From Rhynchopus sp. YZ270_cl-10 (Eukaryota): a stretch of DNA of 64,000 nt. This document shows, piece by piece, positions 12,698-24,080 of this stretch. The position numbers and the translations under genes were made by a program. A model generated the notes under the pieces. That model had not been told where the DNA came from. It made no database searches and saw nothing but the letters and a program-made list of their open reading frames with translations. Within the stretch, counting starts at the first letter, position 1. Each line of letters starts with the position of its first letter. Where the stretch lies: positions 1,798,001 through 1,862,000 of the forward strand of contig OZ037834.1 of the NCBI GenBank assembly GCA_964035575.1, written 5' to 3'.

Positions 12698-12811
12698 TGG
12701 TGCTCCGGGAGGGGTCGATATTGACAGGTCGCTGACACAGGGACTCTATACACGCACCCCCTGATAGTGACAGGTCGCCGACAGGTCGTTGACCGACTTC
12801 TGAAAGAACCA
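12698..12811. mobile_element. 114-bp TGGT..ACCA element with 5-bp TSD; inverted copy at ~51301-51414
   Basis: TCCAT on both sides; a near-identical reverse-complement copy starts at 51301. Confidence 0.8.
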
Positions 12812-13090
12812 TCCATCTTTCATTTTGTGCGTTCATCCGGCTGTGTATCATATCGGGAGGTGCCTGCATCATTAACCACCATTTCATTAGAAATTGTTCT
12901 AATCACTTCTAGGTTCTTAGGTTCCTCCTCTTTCTTTTTCAAAAGACGCAGATGCTTAACCAGCTGAGATATGATCAAGAATTTCTAAACAATTCACTTA
13001 CAATACTCCCCCCACCCATACCCCTCCTCCTTTACATTCTCATCAAAACACCCAAAGAAGCAAATCCCCATACATCCCCCCCGCCTCAAA

Positions 13091-14524
13091 ATGGAAGTTC
13101 CAGTATTGGACAAAGAATCTGGGGGGCAGGTTGTGATTCCTGTCGGGCCGGATGACACGGTGATGACGTTGCTTAGAAATGCGGCAGAGGCGTTTGAGAT
13201 TGGAGCGTGGCGGGGGTGTGTGTTGCAGCTGCCAAATGGCGCTGAGGTAGGGGACCCTTCGACACCGTTGCAGCTGTGTGCCATTGAGGCTGGTACGGTG
13301 ATGGTGCTGTCGCGTTCGTTTGACCCGTCGTTGAAGCTGTTGTGCACATTCGAGAACACAACGGACGACGCTACGCCTCACAAAAACCACCTCCACCACC
13401 ACGGGAACAGCTTCTGCTCCTCCCCCAACTCCATCCGGTTTGGGGATGCATACCTCGAAGGCACGCCGACCCTCCAGTTCGCCACTTCAAACGCCGCAAC
13501 GATCTCCTGTTGGTTTCGCCTTACCAACAGCAGCACAGCGTTCAACGGTCTTGTTTCAATCGGCGGTCTTCACTACAGACTCATGGTCAGCCCAGACCGC
13601 CACCCATTCTATGACGCAGGGCAGCACCACGACCGGAAGGTGGACAGCTTCAAATTCTCCCTGCACACCTGGTACCATTATGTATTGACGATTGGAAAGC
13701 AAATTGCGAAGGTCTATGTAAACGGGGTGTGCCTTTCCGAAAGCGCTGTGGGTGTTCCTGATCTTTTGCCTAATGCAAATCATATTTTGATTGGGAGAGG
13801 CGAAAACAGGAGGCTGTACCCATTTAAAGGCTTTCTTGGGGAGCTTCGTGTGTACACCAGCGCACTGTCTGCAGAGGAGATCCAGTTGATGTACAAAGCG
13901 AACGCTGCTTACTATACAGCAGGGTCGAAGGCGAAGTACTCATTTGAGGGGCTCAAAGATGATTCAGGTCTGCACAACGATCTGACCAACCAGGACGGTG
14001 CCGTGTCTGTTGTTGCAGGAAAGGCGTCGTTCGGTCCGCTCTCTGGGTATCTGCAAAGCAACTGCCGTGGGTTTGACTTCGTGGAAACAAACCAAATGAG
14101 CATCTCCTGTTGGTTTCGCCTTACCAACAGCAGCACAGCGTTCAACGGTCTTGTTTCAATCGGTGGTCTTCACTACAGACTCATGGTCAGCCCAGACCGC
14201 CACCCATTCTATGACGCAGGACAGCACTGTGACCAGGAGGTCACTACACACACATTCTGCCTGAACACCTGGTATCACTATGTACTGACTGTCGAGGGTG
14301 GTGTGGGTGCGCGGGTGTACGTCGATGGGGAGCTTGTATCTGATATGGCGAGCGGTGTGCCTGCGTCGCTCCCCAATGCAGGGTGCCTGCTGCTAGGGAG
14401 AGGTGAAACCGCCTCCATGTGCCCATTCCAAGGCACCCTAGGGGAAGTGCAGGTACACAGCAACGCATTAAGCCCAGAGGAGGTCCGGTGCCAGTACAAC
14501 GCAAAGCTGCCGGAGTATCGTTAA
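13091..14524 (+). CDS. Protein with possible N-terminal ubiquitin-like domain and two LamG/concanavalin A-like domains
   Basis: 477-aa ORF. Two copies of the LamG-like pattern ISCWFR...WYHYVLT...VYV[N/D]G...F.G.LGE..V...ALS.EE. The N-terminal ~80 aa resemble a ubiquitin-like fold (weaker call). Confidence 0.85.
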   Translation: MEVPVLDKESGGQVVIPVGPDDTVMTLLRNAAEAFEIGAWRGCVLQLPNGAEVGDPSTPLQLCAIEAGTVMVLSRSFDPSLKLLCTFENTTDDATPHKNHLHHHGNSFCSSPNSIRFGDAYLEGTPTLQFATSNAATISCWFRLTNSSTAFNGLVSIGGLHYRLMVSPDRHPFYDAGQHHDRKVDSFKFSLHTWYHYVLTIGKQIAKVYVNGVCLSESAVGVPDLLPNANHILIGRGENRRLYPFKGFLGELRVYTSALSAEEIQLMYKANAAYYTAGSKAKYSFEGLKDDSGLHNDLTNQDGAVSVVAGKASFGPLSGYLQSNCRGFDFVETNQMSISCWFRLTNSSTAFNGLVSIGGLHYRLMVSPDRHPFYDAGQHCDQEVTTHTFCLNTWYHYVLTVEGGVGARVYVDGELVSDMASGVPASLPNAGCLLLGRGETASMCPFQGTLGEVQVHSNALSPEEVRCQYNAKLPEYR

Positions 14525-15010
14525 CATAATGAAATGTCTGTGCCTTCAATGGAAAAAAGCCCCCTCCAAACTCAAACCCAAACACAAGGTGGCTCTTTAC
14601 TGAGGGGGTGCTAAAGTATACGTAGTGGCCGAAACCTCGCGAAAACACCACCATTGGCATTTTTGGGGCCAATCCCGGCCAGTGGTGGAGTCAATCAAAA
14701 AGGTTTTATTTTATTTTTGGGGATATGCAATATACAAGGAAAGTTTCTGTCGCGATGAAGGGGATAAGCATCCCTCACCAGTTCTTTTTACCCCCTAGCA
14801 ACCCAACCCCACCCCCTATAGACAGCCCCTCCCATCCCATGTCTGTGCTCCGCACCAGTCCACAAACTTCACAGAATTCTACAAGACATGTTCACAACAA
14901 TCAAACGAGACGATTTGGGTTTTTCTGTACTTCAGTGATAATACAAGTCATGATCACAACAACCAAAGGGAAGAGACGAGTTGGGTAGAGTCGAACAACA
15001 CGGTACTTAA

Positions 15011-16379
15011 CCCTTTAGACCCCAGATACCCATATATGGCCAGCAGAATGGCGCCATACAATTAGGAATATTCTACTCAAAATGGGAAAAACATTTTTTA
15101 TATTTTGAAAGATTTTGCGCCGATCTTTCAAAAGAAGCAAGAATCGAAAGTTTTGTGCATCTAATATTTTTTTGGATGCTGGGGGGGAAAGCGGAGCTGC
15201 CACGGAAAATCATGTTTTTTGACCAACACCCCCTGAAATAACCCTCCTAATACCACTAGGCTATTACTGGGGTTCTACTCAGTTTCAGAAAAACATTTTT
15301 TTATATTTTGAAAGATTTTTCACCGATCTTTCAAAATACGCCATCTAAGAACACTTTTATGCATCTGGGTTTTCCTTGGATGCCGGGGAGCGTGGAAAAG
15401 TACGAAAAAAGGGTCACTTTTCAGAGTCTCCATGTGATTAAAAATTTTCTACTCGTTTTCGTGAAAACACTTTTTTTGTGTGGAAAGATTTCGTTCACAT
15501 CTTTCAAAATACGCCAAAATCGAAAACTTTTATGCATCTGTGATTTCCTCGGATTTTGGTGAGATTTTACCACCAAATCACGGGTTTAAACGTCGCTAAG
15601 GTCGTAAGGCAAGTAGGGTTGATAAGTGGGGTTCTACTCATTTTCGTGAAAAGATTTTTACATATTTGGAAAGATTTGATGTCAAATCTGTCAAAAGAAG
15701 CAAGAATCGAAAACTTTTGTGCATCTGAGTGCACTTTGGAAGTTCGTGAGGACCGCCACCAAAATCACTGTTTTTCTGACTATTCTTTGCCTTTTTCCCA
15801 CCCAAAACACACTAGAAGCCAGGTTTTCACTAATTTTTCGTATTTTAGGGTGATTTTTTTGTGAATTTTCGGCACACAGGGTCGTTCTGACCCATTCTGG
15901 GGGTGTTTCGGGCCTGTAGGTGCCAAAAAACGTGAAAAAATAGCCTTTTTACGTTGTGTAGTGGTGTTTCAGTGTAAATCGTAAGGGAAATCGATTTTTA
16001 GACATGCTGCTAACAGAGCTACACTCATCTAAGTTGGGTTCTACTAGGACTTTTTGCTCGATTTTTTTTTCTTTGTAAAGATTTTGTGGCGAATCTTTCA
16101 AATAACGCCATTTTCGGAGCGCAATAATTTACGGGTATTCCCTCGCTCTGCTGGACGAGTAAAAAACCGAAAGGCGGATTTTATGCTCACCTCATTTTGA
16201 GGAGAATATTTTTTTTCAAAAAAAAACTTTAAAAAATGGAATTGAAAGCCGTGTTCAAAATCTTTCAATTGCGGCCAGGTACGATCAAAAATTTGCATCT
16301 GGGGTCCCCTTACCGGTTGGAGAGCCCAAAAAACAAAAACCCAAAAGTGGGTCGAAAAAACGGCTTGGGGTCTAAAGGG
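15011..16379. mobile_element. Non-autonomous piggyBac-type element
   Basis: TTAA TSD (15007-15010, 16380-16383); 14-bp TIR CCCTTTAGACCCCA; no transposase ORF. Confidence 0.9.
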
Positions 16380-16393
16380 TTAAAAAAAAAAAA

Positions 16394-16906
16394 CACGGGT
16401 CGGGAAAGATCTTTTTTTTTTTTTTTTTTTTCGAGAAAAAAAATCCTCTTCTCCCGAAAAAAAAAAAAAAAAAAAGATTTTTGGGAGAAAAAAAAAAAGA
16501 GAAAAGATTTGAAAATCCTGGGAAAATCCTGAAAAAATCCTGAAAAATCCTGGAAAAATCCATGAAATTTCATGAAAAATCTCGAGATCTTGAGAAATCT
16601 TTGAAAAAAAAAAAAAAGATTTTCAAAATCTTTTTTTTTTTTTCCCCCAAAAAGATTTTTCAAAATCCCAAAAATCTTTTTTATCTTTTTTTTGAGAAAA
16701 AAAAGATTTTCAAGATCTTTTTCATCTTTTTTTCTCTTTTTTTCCTTTTTTTTCCTTTTTTTTCCAGGATTTTTCAAAGATCTCAAAGATCTCGAGAGAT
16801 CCTGAAAAAAAAAGACAAAAATCCTGAAAATCTTGATTTTTTATTTTTTTCTCCCGAGATTCTCGAAAAAAGACAAAAAAAGACAAAAGATCTTTCCTGA
16901 CCCGTG
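16394..16906. mobile_element. CACGG..CCGTG MITE filled with AAAATC/GATCTT repeats
   Basis: TIR CACGGGTCRGGAAAGATCTTTT; inserted in an A run. Confidence 0.8.
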
Positions 16907-18300
16907 AAAAAAAAAAAAAAAAAAAAAAAAAAGGGTAAACAGGGTACCACGGGTAGAAGAGAAGAAAGGATAACAAGGTAAATACGAGTAGATGGGGGCT
17001 AGGTAAACAGGGTTACTAGCAGGTTAACAGAGTACTACGGGATGACAAGAAAACAGGTAAAAAGGGTGAGAACGGAAAGAGAGGATTGATGGGCATAACC
17101 AGGGACAAGATAAGAGTAACTACAGAGGGAATGGGGAAAATCATGAAGTACAGAACGAGGTCACTGTGGAACTGGTGTGGATGCTTCAACGCAACACGAT
17201 ACTTATCAACACGAAGAGACACAAGTAACTTTTATTTTTAGAATTAGAGTGTACAGCTAGGTAGGACCAGACGTCGTTAACAGCTATGAACCAAAGAGGT
17301 TCCCAGTGTCGTCGGCCAAGCCCCTTCACCAAAAAAGACTACAACAAGAAAACAAACACACAGAAAAAAAGTAAAAGAATGCCCTTCCTCAGTCCGGAAG
17401 TATCACCTCAACCGGTCACACCTGCCGTAAAATAGAGAGAGGTTACAGAATACAAAAAGTTCTAAAAAAAGTGATTACCAAAATTCCTATTCTTGCCTTC
17501 AAAAAAAACTCTTGTGGATTCTACTATCTGTAATTGAGTTTTTTTTTTACCCCACTCTTTCTTTTCCCCCTAACACGTAGTGTGTTCAGAAACTAGACAA
17601 AAAGAAAGCCAACGTTCAGATCTTGTATAACAGTATTTCCCCTTGAATCCTTTCATGCACCAAACAGATTTTTTACCCCTATTTGGCTGCGTTCAACGAA
17701 AAATACTGTTCTTTTTAAAATTGTTTTCAAGATCAGTTGGCGGATAATATTGTCTAGTTTTGATGTGTGTGCACGTGAGAGGTGTTCATCTTACAAGGTT
17801 TCTCTGTTTTTACACAGCCATTTTTCAAAATAATTCAAAAAACTTTTCTCTTTTCCCCTCCATCGATTGAAAATTATATCTTAATCTTTTCCCCTTCTTT
17901 CTGGATGAACTTATGAACATGAGGACCAAAATACTCTTTTTTACCTTTTCCACCCTTCACACAACGCATTTCCCCTCTCCATAAAGAGTGCGGTTTCCCC
18001 CCGCATTTTTGGGGTGAAATGGGGTGCTTTTCCGCGAGCGAAGCAAGCGGTTTTTGTTTTTGTTTTTTTGTTTTTGTTCCATAATTATTCTGGTCCATAT
18101 TTTTTTTCCAACTTTTGGTGATTCACGGATCTCTTCTGCTTTGTTCTCTCGCCAACCTGTTTTGCCTTGAGACACCTGCCACAGGGACGTGCTTTCTGCA
18201 GTCCTTACTTCATATTGAACACTCACTAAAACTCACCACACCACACACCACACCACCACCTCCAGATTGCCTTTCCTGCTTCATATCTAAATACTAAATC

Positions 18301-18969
18301 ATGGACTTCAGAATTGGAAACGGTGTCCTTGCACTTCTGCACCTGCTCTGCCTGATCTTTGGCATTGTGGTTGCTGCTCTGCCAGGCTCCGTCTGCTCGC
18401 TCGAGGTGTCGCTGTTTGGTTTTGTCGGGATGAAGAGGGAAATGAACTTCTTCACTTTCAGCCTTGAAACGCCCCGCATAAGTGTCTCGGGGGATAGTCT
18501 GGAGATGTGCGAAGGAGCCATCCAGCATGTTATCAGGTCTGGACGTGCAGAGGTCGTCATCATCTGCATCTTCGCTGGCATCAGTGCGATCATCCGCGCA
18601 GTGTCCGTAGCAGTGCCGACACTCCTGCCGAAGGTCCTGCGAACGATCTCCTCTGTGATGTTGTACGTGACGTTGTGCCTTTCCGTGTTGATGGGTATCA
18701 TGGTTATTGTCATTGTTGTTGTTCCGTGGGGCGAAGACTGTGTGGGTGAGGGGAGTTTGAAACAGCAAGGCGCAGGCTTCGGGGCAGGAATGTTCATGTC
18801 CTTTCTGATCACTGTGGTGTGCATCATTGGGTGTGTGATCAACTGCAAGACGGTCAAGGAGCCCAGCCTCAGTATGGCGAACGACCGGTACCAGGCCTTC
18901 CAGCCCCGCGAAGAAGATAGCAACACGCACCAGGGAGGTGAAATGACCGGCAAAAATGGCCTGCTGTAA
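18301..18969 (+). CDS. Amastin/claudin-like four-transmembrane surface protein
   Basis: 222-aa ORF with four hydrophobic segments, Cys in the first loop, GAGFGAG before the last TM, and a short polar tail. Confidence 0.7.
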   Translation: MDFRIGNGVLALLHLLCLIFGIVVAALPGSVCSLEVSLFGFVGMKREMNFFTFSLETPRISVSGDSLEMCEGAIQHVIRSGRAEVVIICIFAGISAIIRAVSVAVPTLLPKVLRTISSVMLYVTLCLSVLMGIMVIVIVVVPWGEDCVGEGSLKQQGAGFGAGMFMSFLITVVCIIGCVINCKTVKEPSLSMANDRYQAFQPREEDSNTHQGGEMTGKNGLL

Positions 18970-20154
18970 GCATCCTGCTATAGAATTTTTCCCTGCCATT
19001 CATGGCGTGAATGCCGTTCTCTTAAGGGGTTTTCTGACGTGTGTCCAGTAGTATGCTGGTTTCATTTCCGGACTGAAATAATGGCTTTTTCCAAAAATTG
19101 CAAAAGAAAAGAGGGGACACAGGTGGGTTTGCACAAAGAAGGCCAACAGTTAACTATGAACCGCTGACTCGAAGTGTGAGGTCCCTCTACCCCTCCAATT
19201 TTTCCTGAGTTGCTTCATTTCGTTATTTCTTTATTTCCATTTATTTCTTAGTATCCCCTTGCTCTCGCAGGATATTCAACGCTGCACATGTCGACACTTG
19301 CAGAGAATCCTCTGAGGGGTCTTCTGCACCAGCATGGCTGGTTTTGCCTGGCATGAGTGGCGGTGTGTCCTTTTTAGGTTTGGGAATGCCCCCCACCTCC
19401 CCCCCATTTTTTCTATACCGACCCTAACTTGTGGTTTCACTGTTTTAAGCCAACAGTGAAACGACAAGTGAAGTCATTTATGGCACCGTCGCGTTCCCTT
19501 CGATTGCCCCACCCCTCCCCTGCTCTTTTGTCGTCAGACTGGCATTATCGCCACATCCTTGTAGGAAGTTGTGCTGTCTGGATACTACTGTCAGATCCTT
19601 CATATGGTTTTCGGATACTCGTACTCTTTAGAGTTGCTTGTGGTATGCACTTTCTGTGTATATCATCATGTATTCCGACTGGATCTCGGTTACTCGATGT
19701 TCTACATCATTTTTTAGGTACACTGTCACGAGAGGGCTTTGTATTTCAACTCTCCCCCCCTTTTTTTTATACTTGGATTGTTTTTACTTTCAAATTTTGT
19801 GTGGATGGCAAGTGCGCGAACCGTGGGCGAGCTGAGCCATGATTTACAGGGACCCTGCTACGAAATAATAGTGGCCATTTATGGCTGGGGTATAAATAGG
19901 TGTGTGTTCTAGTTTGATCCGTTTGTTATGCGGAACACTTCGAACTCCCGCCCTGTGCATGTGCTCGACTAGGCCGCGTTTTTAGCACCTTTCATTTGCT
20001 TTTATTTTTCCCTTTGTAACATTAAATGGAAAAACGAGCCTTCCCAAAGACAAAAAAAGAGGAGACCACGCTGGTGGACAAAACTCCATCTTTCGATTGA
20101 AAATAATATCCTCATCCTTTTTTTTTTTTTTTTTTACTTTTCTTCCTGTTAGCG

Positions 20155-21579
20155 CAGGCCTAATGCTAACCGTTGGTTCGTCGGTTCACTTTTATTTATT
20201 ATTTTTTTTATTTATCCGTTGGTTCGTCGGTTCACCCTTAAAAATGGGGGTTTTTTGGGATGGGGGGTTCTCTGCCTGTGGTATGCCGTGGGTACCTTGG
20301 TGCTGGAGATGTGGGCACCTGCGCCCGCATCTTCAGGAGGAAGGGAGATTAAAAGAAGGACATACTGCGGCCCCCACCACTGGGTTCGAGGAGGAGGAGG
20401 GTCTGTCAGTCGACGAGACATCGAGTGTTGGAGAAGTTCTGATCTCTGAAGATACAGAGAGCAGTGTTGCATCTGTTGATGTTAAAGAGGAAAGCGAAGA
20501 TGGCGATTGCGATGGCGGTGGCGGTGACGATGGAGACTTGTTTCAGGGACTCAATGATGCACCCCCCTTGCCGGCATTAAAAAAGTAGCCTACCGTGCGC
20601 CTGCGGCGCAGCTCAAAAACTGGCAGCCCACAGACCTCTACCATAGTTTGGCTGTAAAAATGTTCGGTTTTAGGTCACAAATTTTGAAATGTTGCGTACC
20701 GTGGCTTCGCCAGAAAGTTTTGATATCAACCGCCGTTTCTTCTTGTACTGAGGGAAGGTTTCGTTCACTAGAGAGAACCTAATGCGAGGGCTTGACGTGG
20801 AAAAACGTGAGAAAAGGGTTGGTTTGGTTCTTGATGTACGTTACCATCCCACGTCATCACGTATTTACGCGAAATGAACGGACCTTTTCGCGCGGAGCGC
20901 GAAAATTTTTTTTTTGACCCCTTTTTGGACATATCTTCACGATTTTGGGGGAAAATTTTTTTCATGAAGATAAGCGAAAACCCTGGACCCCTTCCCGGAG
21001 GGAAATTTTTTTTTTCGTTTTTTGAGGTGATCCAGCGCACACTTTTCCACACTTTTTCACACCGTGAAAACATGTGAAAATAAGTGAAAACGTGTGAAAC
21101 CAAGGTGAAAATGTGTGAAATCAAGTGAAAATGTGTGAAACCAAGTGAAAACATGTGAAACCAAGTGAAAATATGTGAAACCATGTGAAAACATGTGAAA
21201 CCAAGTGAAAATGTGTGAAACCAAGTGAAAATATGTGAAACCATGTGAAAACATGTGAAACCAAGTGAAAATGTGTGAAACCATGTGAAAACACCAAGTT
21301 TTTTTTCTGGAGGAATCCACTCAGAGTGCGTGAAGCAGTTTTTTTTTCACTTTCGTACACACTTTTTCACACCGTGAAAACATGTGAAAATAAGTGAAAA
21401 CGTGTGAAACCAAGGTGAAAATGTGTGAAACCAAGTGAAAATGTGTGAAACCATGTGAAAATGTGTGAAACCAAGTGAAAATGTGTGAAAAAGCGTGAGA
21501 CTGGATCACCTCATTTTTTTTTTTTTTTTTCCGTCGGTTCGCTTTTTCCCCCCCTCCCCCAAAGTTAGCATTAGGCCTG
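20155..21579. mobile_element. Non-autonomous hAT-type element
   Basis: 16-bp TIR CAGGCCTAATGCTAAC; perfect 8-bp TSD TGTTAGCG (20147-20154, 21580-21587). Confidence 0.9.
21024..21512. mobile_element. Nested GAG..CTC TIR element containing a GTGAAA-based minisatellite
   Basis: TIR GAGGTGATCCAG/CTGGATCACCTC; two blocks of TGTGAAACCAAGTGAAAA-like repeats; lies inside the hAT element. Confidence 0.75.
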
Positions 21580-22942
21580 TGTTAGCGAATAACACTCCCA
21601 CCCACCCCCAATAGAGAAACCTCTCTAAAACCCCTTCCCCTGCTCTTTTCTTTAGAAACCCTGTGGTACATGTATGTGTATGTGCATGAACAGGTTCGAT
21701 AAAGGTTTTATTTCTTGAATTATTCAAAAAAGAAGTGGAAAAAAGTATTGAGCACTGACCTTCACCCATCAAGAGTGGGTGAAAGTGATTTGTCAGATGC
21801 AATAAATACTGATTTCAAACACCCTCCATTCACCACCTCTGGCAAGGGAGGTAGGTATCCAACCAAATTGTTGTTATTGTTTTCTTTGCTTTTTTTTGTT
21901 TGTTTTGTTTTTTTGTTTGTGTCTTTTCAGCAGGCTTAGGATTATCCTAACCAACTTTTTAGGCACACGAAAGGGCTTTTGTATTGCAAGTCAACTTTCC
22001 ACGGTGTACCAGGTCACTGTACCAAAGTACACTGTCAGAGAGACTTTTGTATTTCAAGTCAAATTTGCTTTTGTTCTAATGCGATAAAGATGGTGGCAAA
22101 ATATACGGTGTACGTCCATCAGCAGTACTACACCTATTGTACCACACCCCTTCCCAAGCTCTGTTTTTACACAGTCATTTGTCAAAATATCTCAAAAAGA
22201 AAGAGAAAGGGCTGCGTAAGGAGTGTCAAGATCATTGCATGAGTGATGTGCGTCTTTTCGTTCAATACAGAAAACGTTTTTGCCATATGTGCACAGGAGG
22301 TATGCATTCGTCTCAAAACTATTCTCTTTTACTTCCCTCTTTCTGGATGAACTTATGAACATGAATAAGACTGAAATGATCGTTTTTTTTTTTATCTTAA
22401 CCACCCACATAGCGCATTTCCCTTCCCCTCTCTCCCTACCTTTTAGCGAAAAACACTCCCACCCTCCCCAATACAGTAGCTATTTCCCTCCCTCCCGCCA
22501 GAGCCCGAGGGCGCCCTGACCTCCCGAAAGGGCAGCCCGAGGGCCAAGGGAGGGAGGGATGTAGCTTTGTGACCCGAAGAGGTCGTTTTCGACCCGAACT
22601 GCCTGCAAACAAGCGCTTTTGTGGTGTTTTGTGTACAAACACGTAGGTTTTTCGGCCCACATGGGTACCATCGTTTGTGGCCTACGGACGCCCAAAAGCA
22701 TGCGGATACGCTTTTCGAGTCGCAGAAACCAGGTTGTGGGCCGTTTTAAAAAGTTTTTGGCCGGTTTCAGTCACCAAAACGCACATTCTCTCGCGGGAAT
22801 TTTTGGTGCTCTCAAGGGAATCCTCTTAGCTCTCAAGGGAATCCCTTGAGACCTCTGGAGGGTTACAAAAATCTGTTTTTGTCCCCAGACTGCCCCCCTG
22901 TTTTGGATACGGAGTGCCTTTTGTTTTAAATAAAAAGTAATT

Positions 22943-23900
22943 GGGAAAACCTTTATTCGGCTCACAAAAAGTAATTTTTCCATCATTCGGCTCACAAAAT
23001 AAAATTTTTCCATCATTCTATCAAAGTTACTATAATTTTTCCTTCATTCGGCTCACAAAAGTTAATTTTTCCACCATTCTATCAATATTTTGCCAATTTT
23101 TCCATCATTCCATCAAAGTTTTTTTTTTCACTTTTTCGAAGAAATTTTTGCCGCTGGAAAAAAAAATTTGGGTGGTTTTTTGAGGAAAAATGGGGTCATT
23201 TTTTTTGCATTTTTCGAAAAATTTATAGTTCTAGGGTCACAAATTACACACTGTTTGCTAAACATGCAAAGACAAGTGGTCACTGGTGCCGAGTTTAACA
23301 GCTTGGATGACCTAAAGGAGACGGTAACGTGGCAGTCCTTCATCCTCCACATTTTTCCTTCCGCGTCTCGAACCGCACAGGCACCCGAATGACCCTTGTG
23401 TGCCGGTTCCTTATGTGCATGGAGGGTGTGTGCGGTGCAAGACGGTGATGGTTGTCGCATCACCCAGCACGAGCGCACCTGCACCTCTGACGATCACCCT
23501 GTTGCCAACACAGGAATCGTCGGCGCCGTCGCCTCCCGGACCTGCGATAACGTGAGAAGTGTATCAAACTATGGTGCACATAGTGTGATTGCTGACATGC
23601 GTGACCTTCGCCGCAATAAGTCACCTACGAATTTTCCCTCCCACAACCTATAAAAACGGGCAAAAAATCCTACCCAAAAATTTTTTCCAGTGGAAATATT
23701 TCCTCGAAAAAGTGAAAAAAAAAACTTTGATAGAATGATGGAAAAATTGGCAAAATATTGATAGAATGGTGGAAAAATTAACTTTTGTGAGCCGAATGAA
23801 GGAAAAATTATAGTAACTTTGATAGAATGATGGAAAAATTTTATTTTGTGAGCCGAATGATGGAAAAATTACTTTTTGTGAGCCGAATAAAGGTTTTCCC
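22943..23900 (+). mobile_element. Mutator-like element (MULE) with a broken transposase fragment
   Basis: TIRs over 200 bp starting GGGAAAACC; perfect 9-bp TSD AAAGTAATT. Internal frameshifted peptide VTGAEFNSLDDLK...CAWRVCA...ITQHERTC resembles the MuDR N-terminal DNA-binding domain. Confidence 0.9.
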
Positions 23901-24080
23901 AAAGTAATTTATTGCTTTTATCTATTCAAAAAAAATATTTATTTATCAAAAACCCCCTCTCTCCCAACTATATTTTTTTTACAGGAAGACACAGAGAAGA
24001 GGGGGATTTCCCTCTTTTTTTTTTTCTTTTCTTTTTTTCTCTTTTTCTCTCCTTTTCTCTCCTTTTCTCTCCCCTCCCTA

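Noticed and set aside
14905..14940. TTTCTGTACTT resembling the euglenozoan spliced-leader 3' end
   Set aside because: Only ~11 nt match; the rest of the leader and the following TATTG/GT donor are absent.
20097..20588. Acidic 163-aa ORF
   Set aside because: Lies mostly within the hAT-type element with no credible start; it may be a transposase tail or captured fragment, but I cannot support that.
21048..21490. Possible CRISPR-like array
   Set aside because: Contiguous degenerate units with no unique spacers, no cas genes, and a eukaryotic context.
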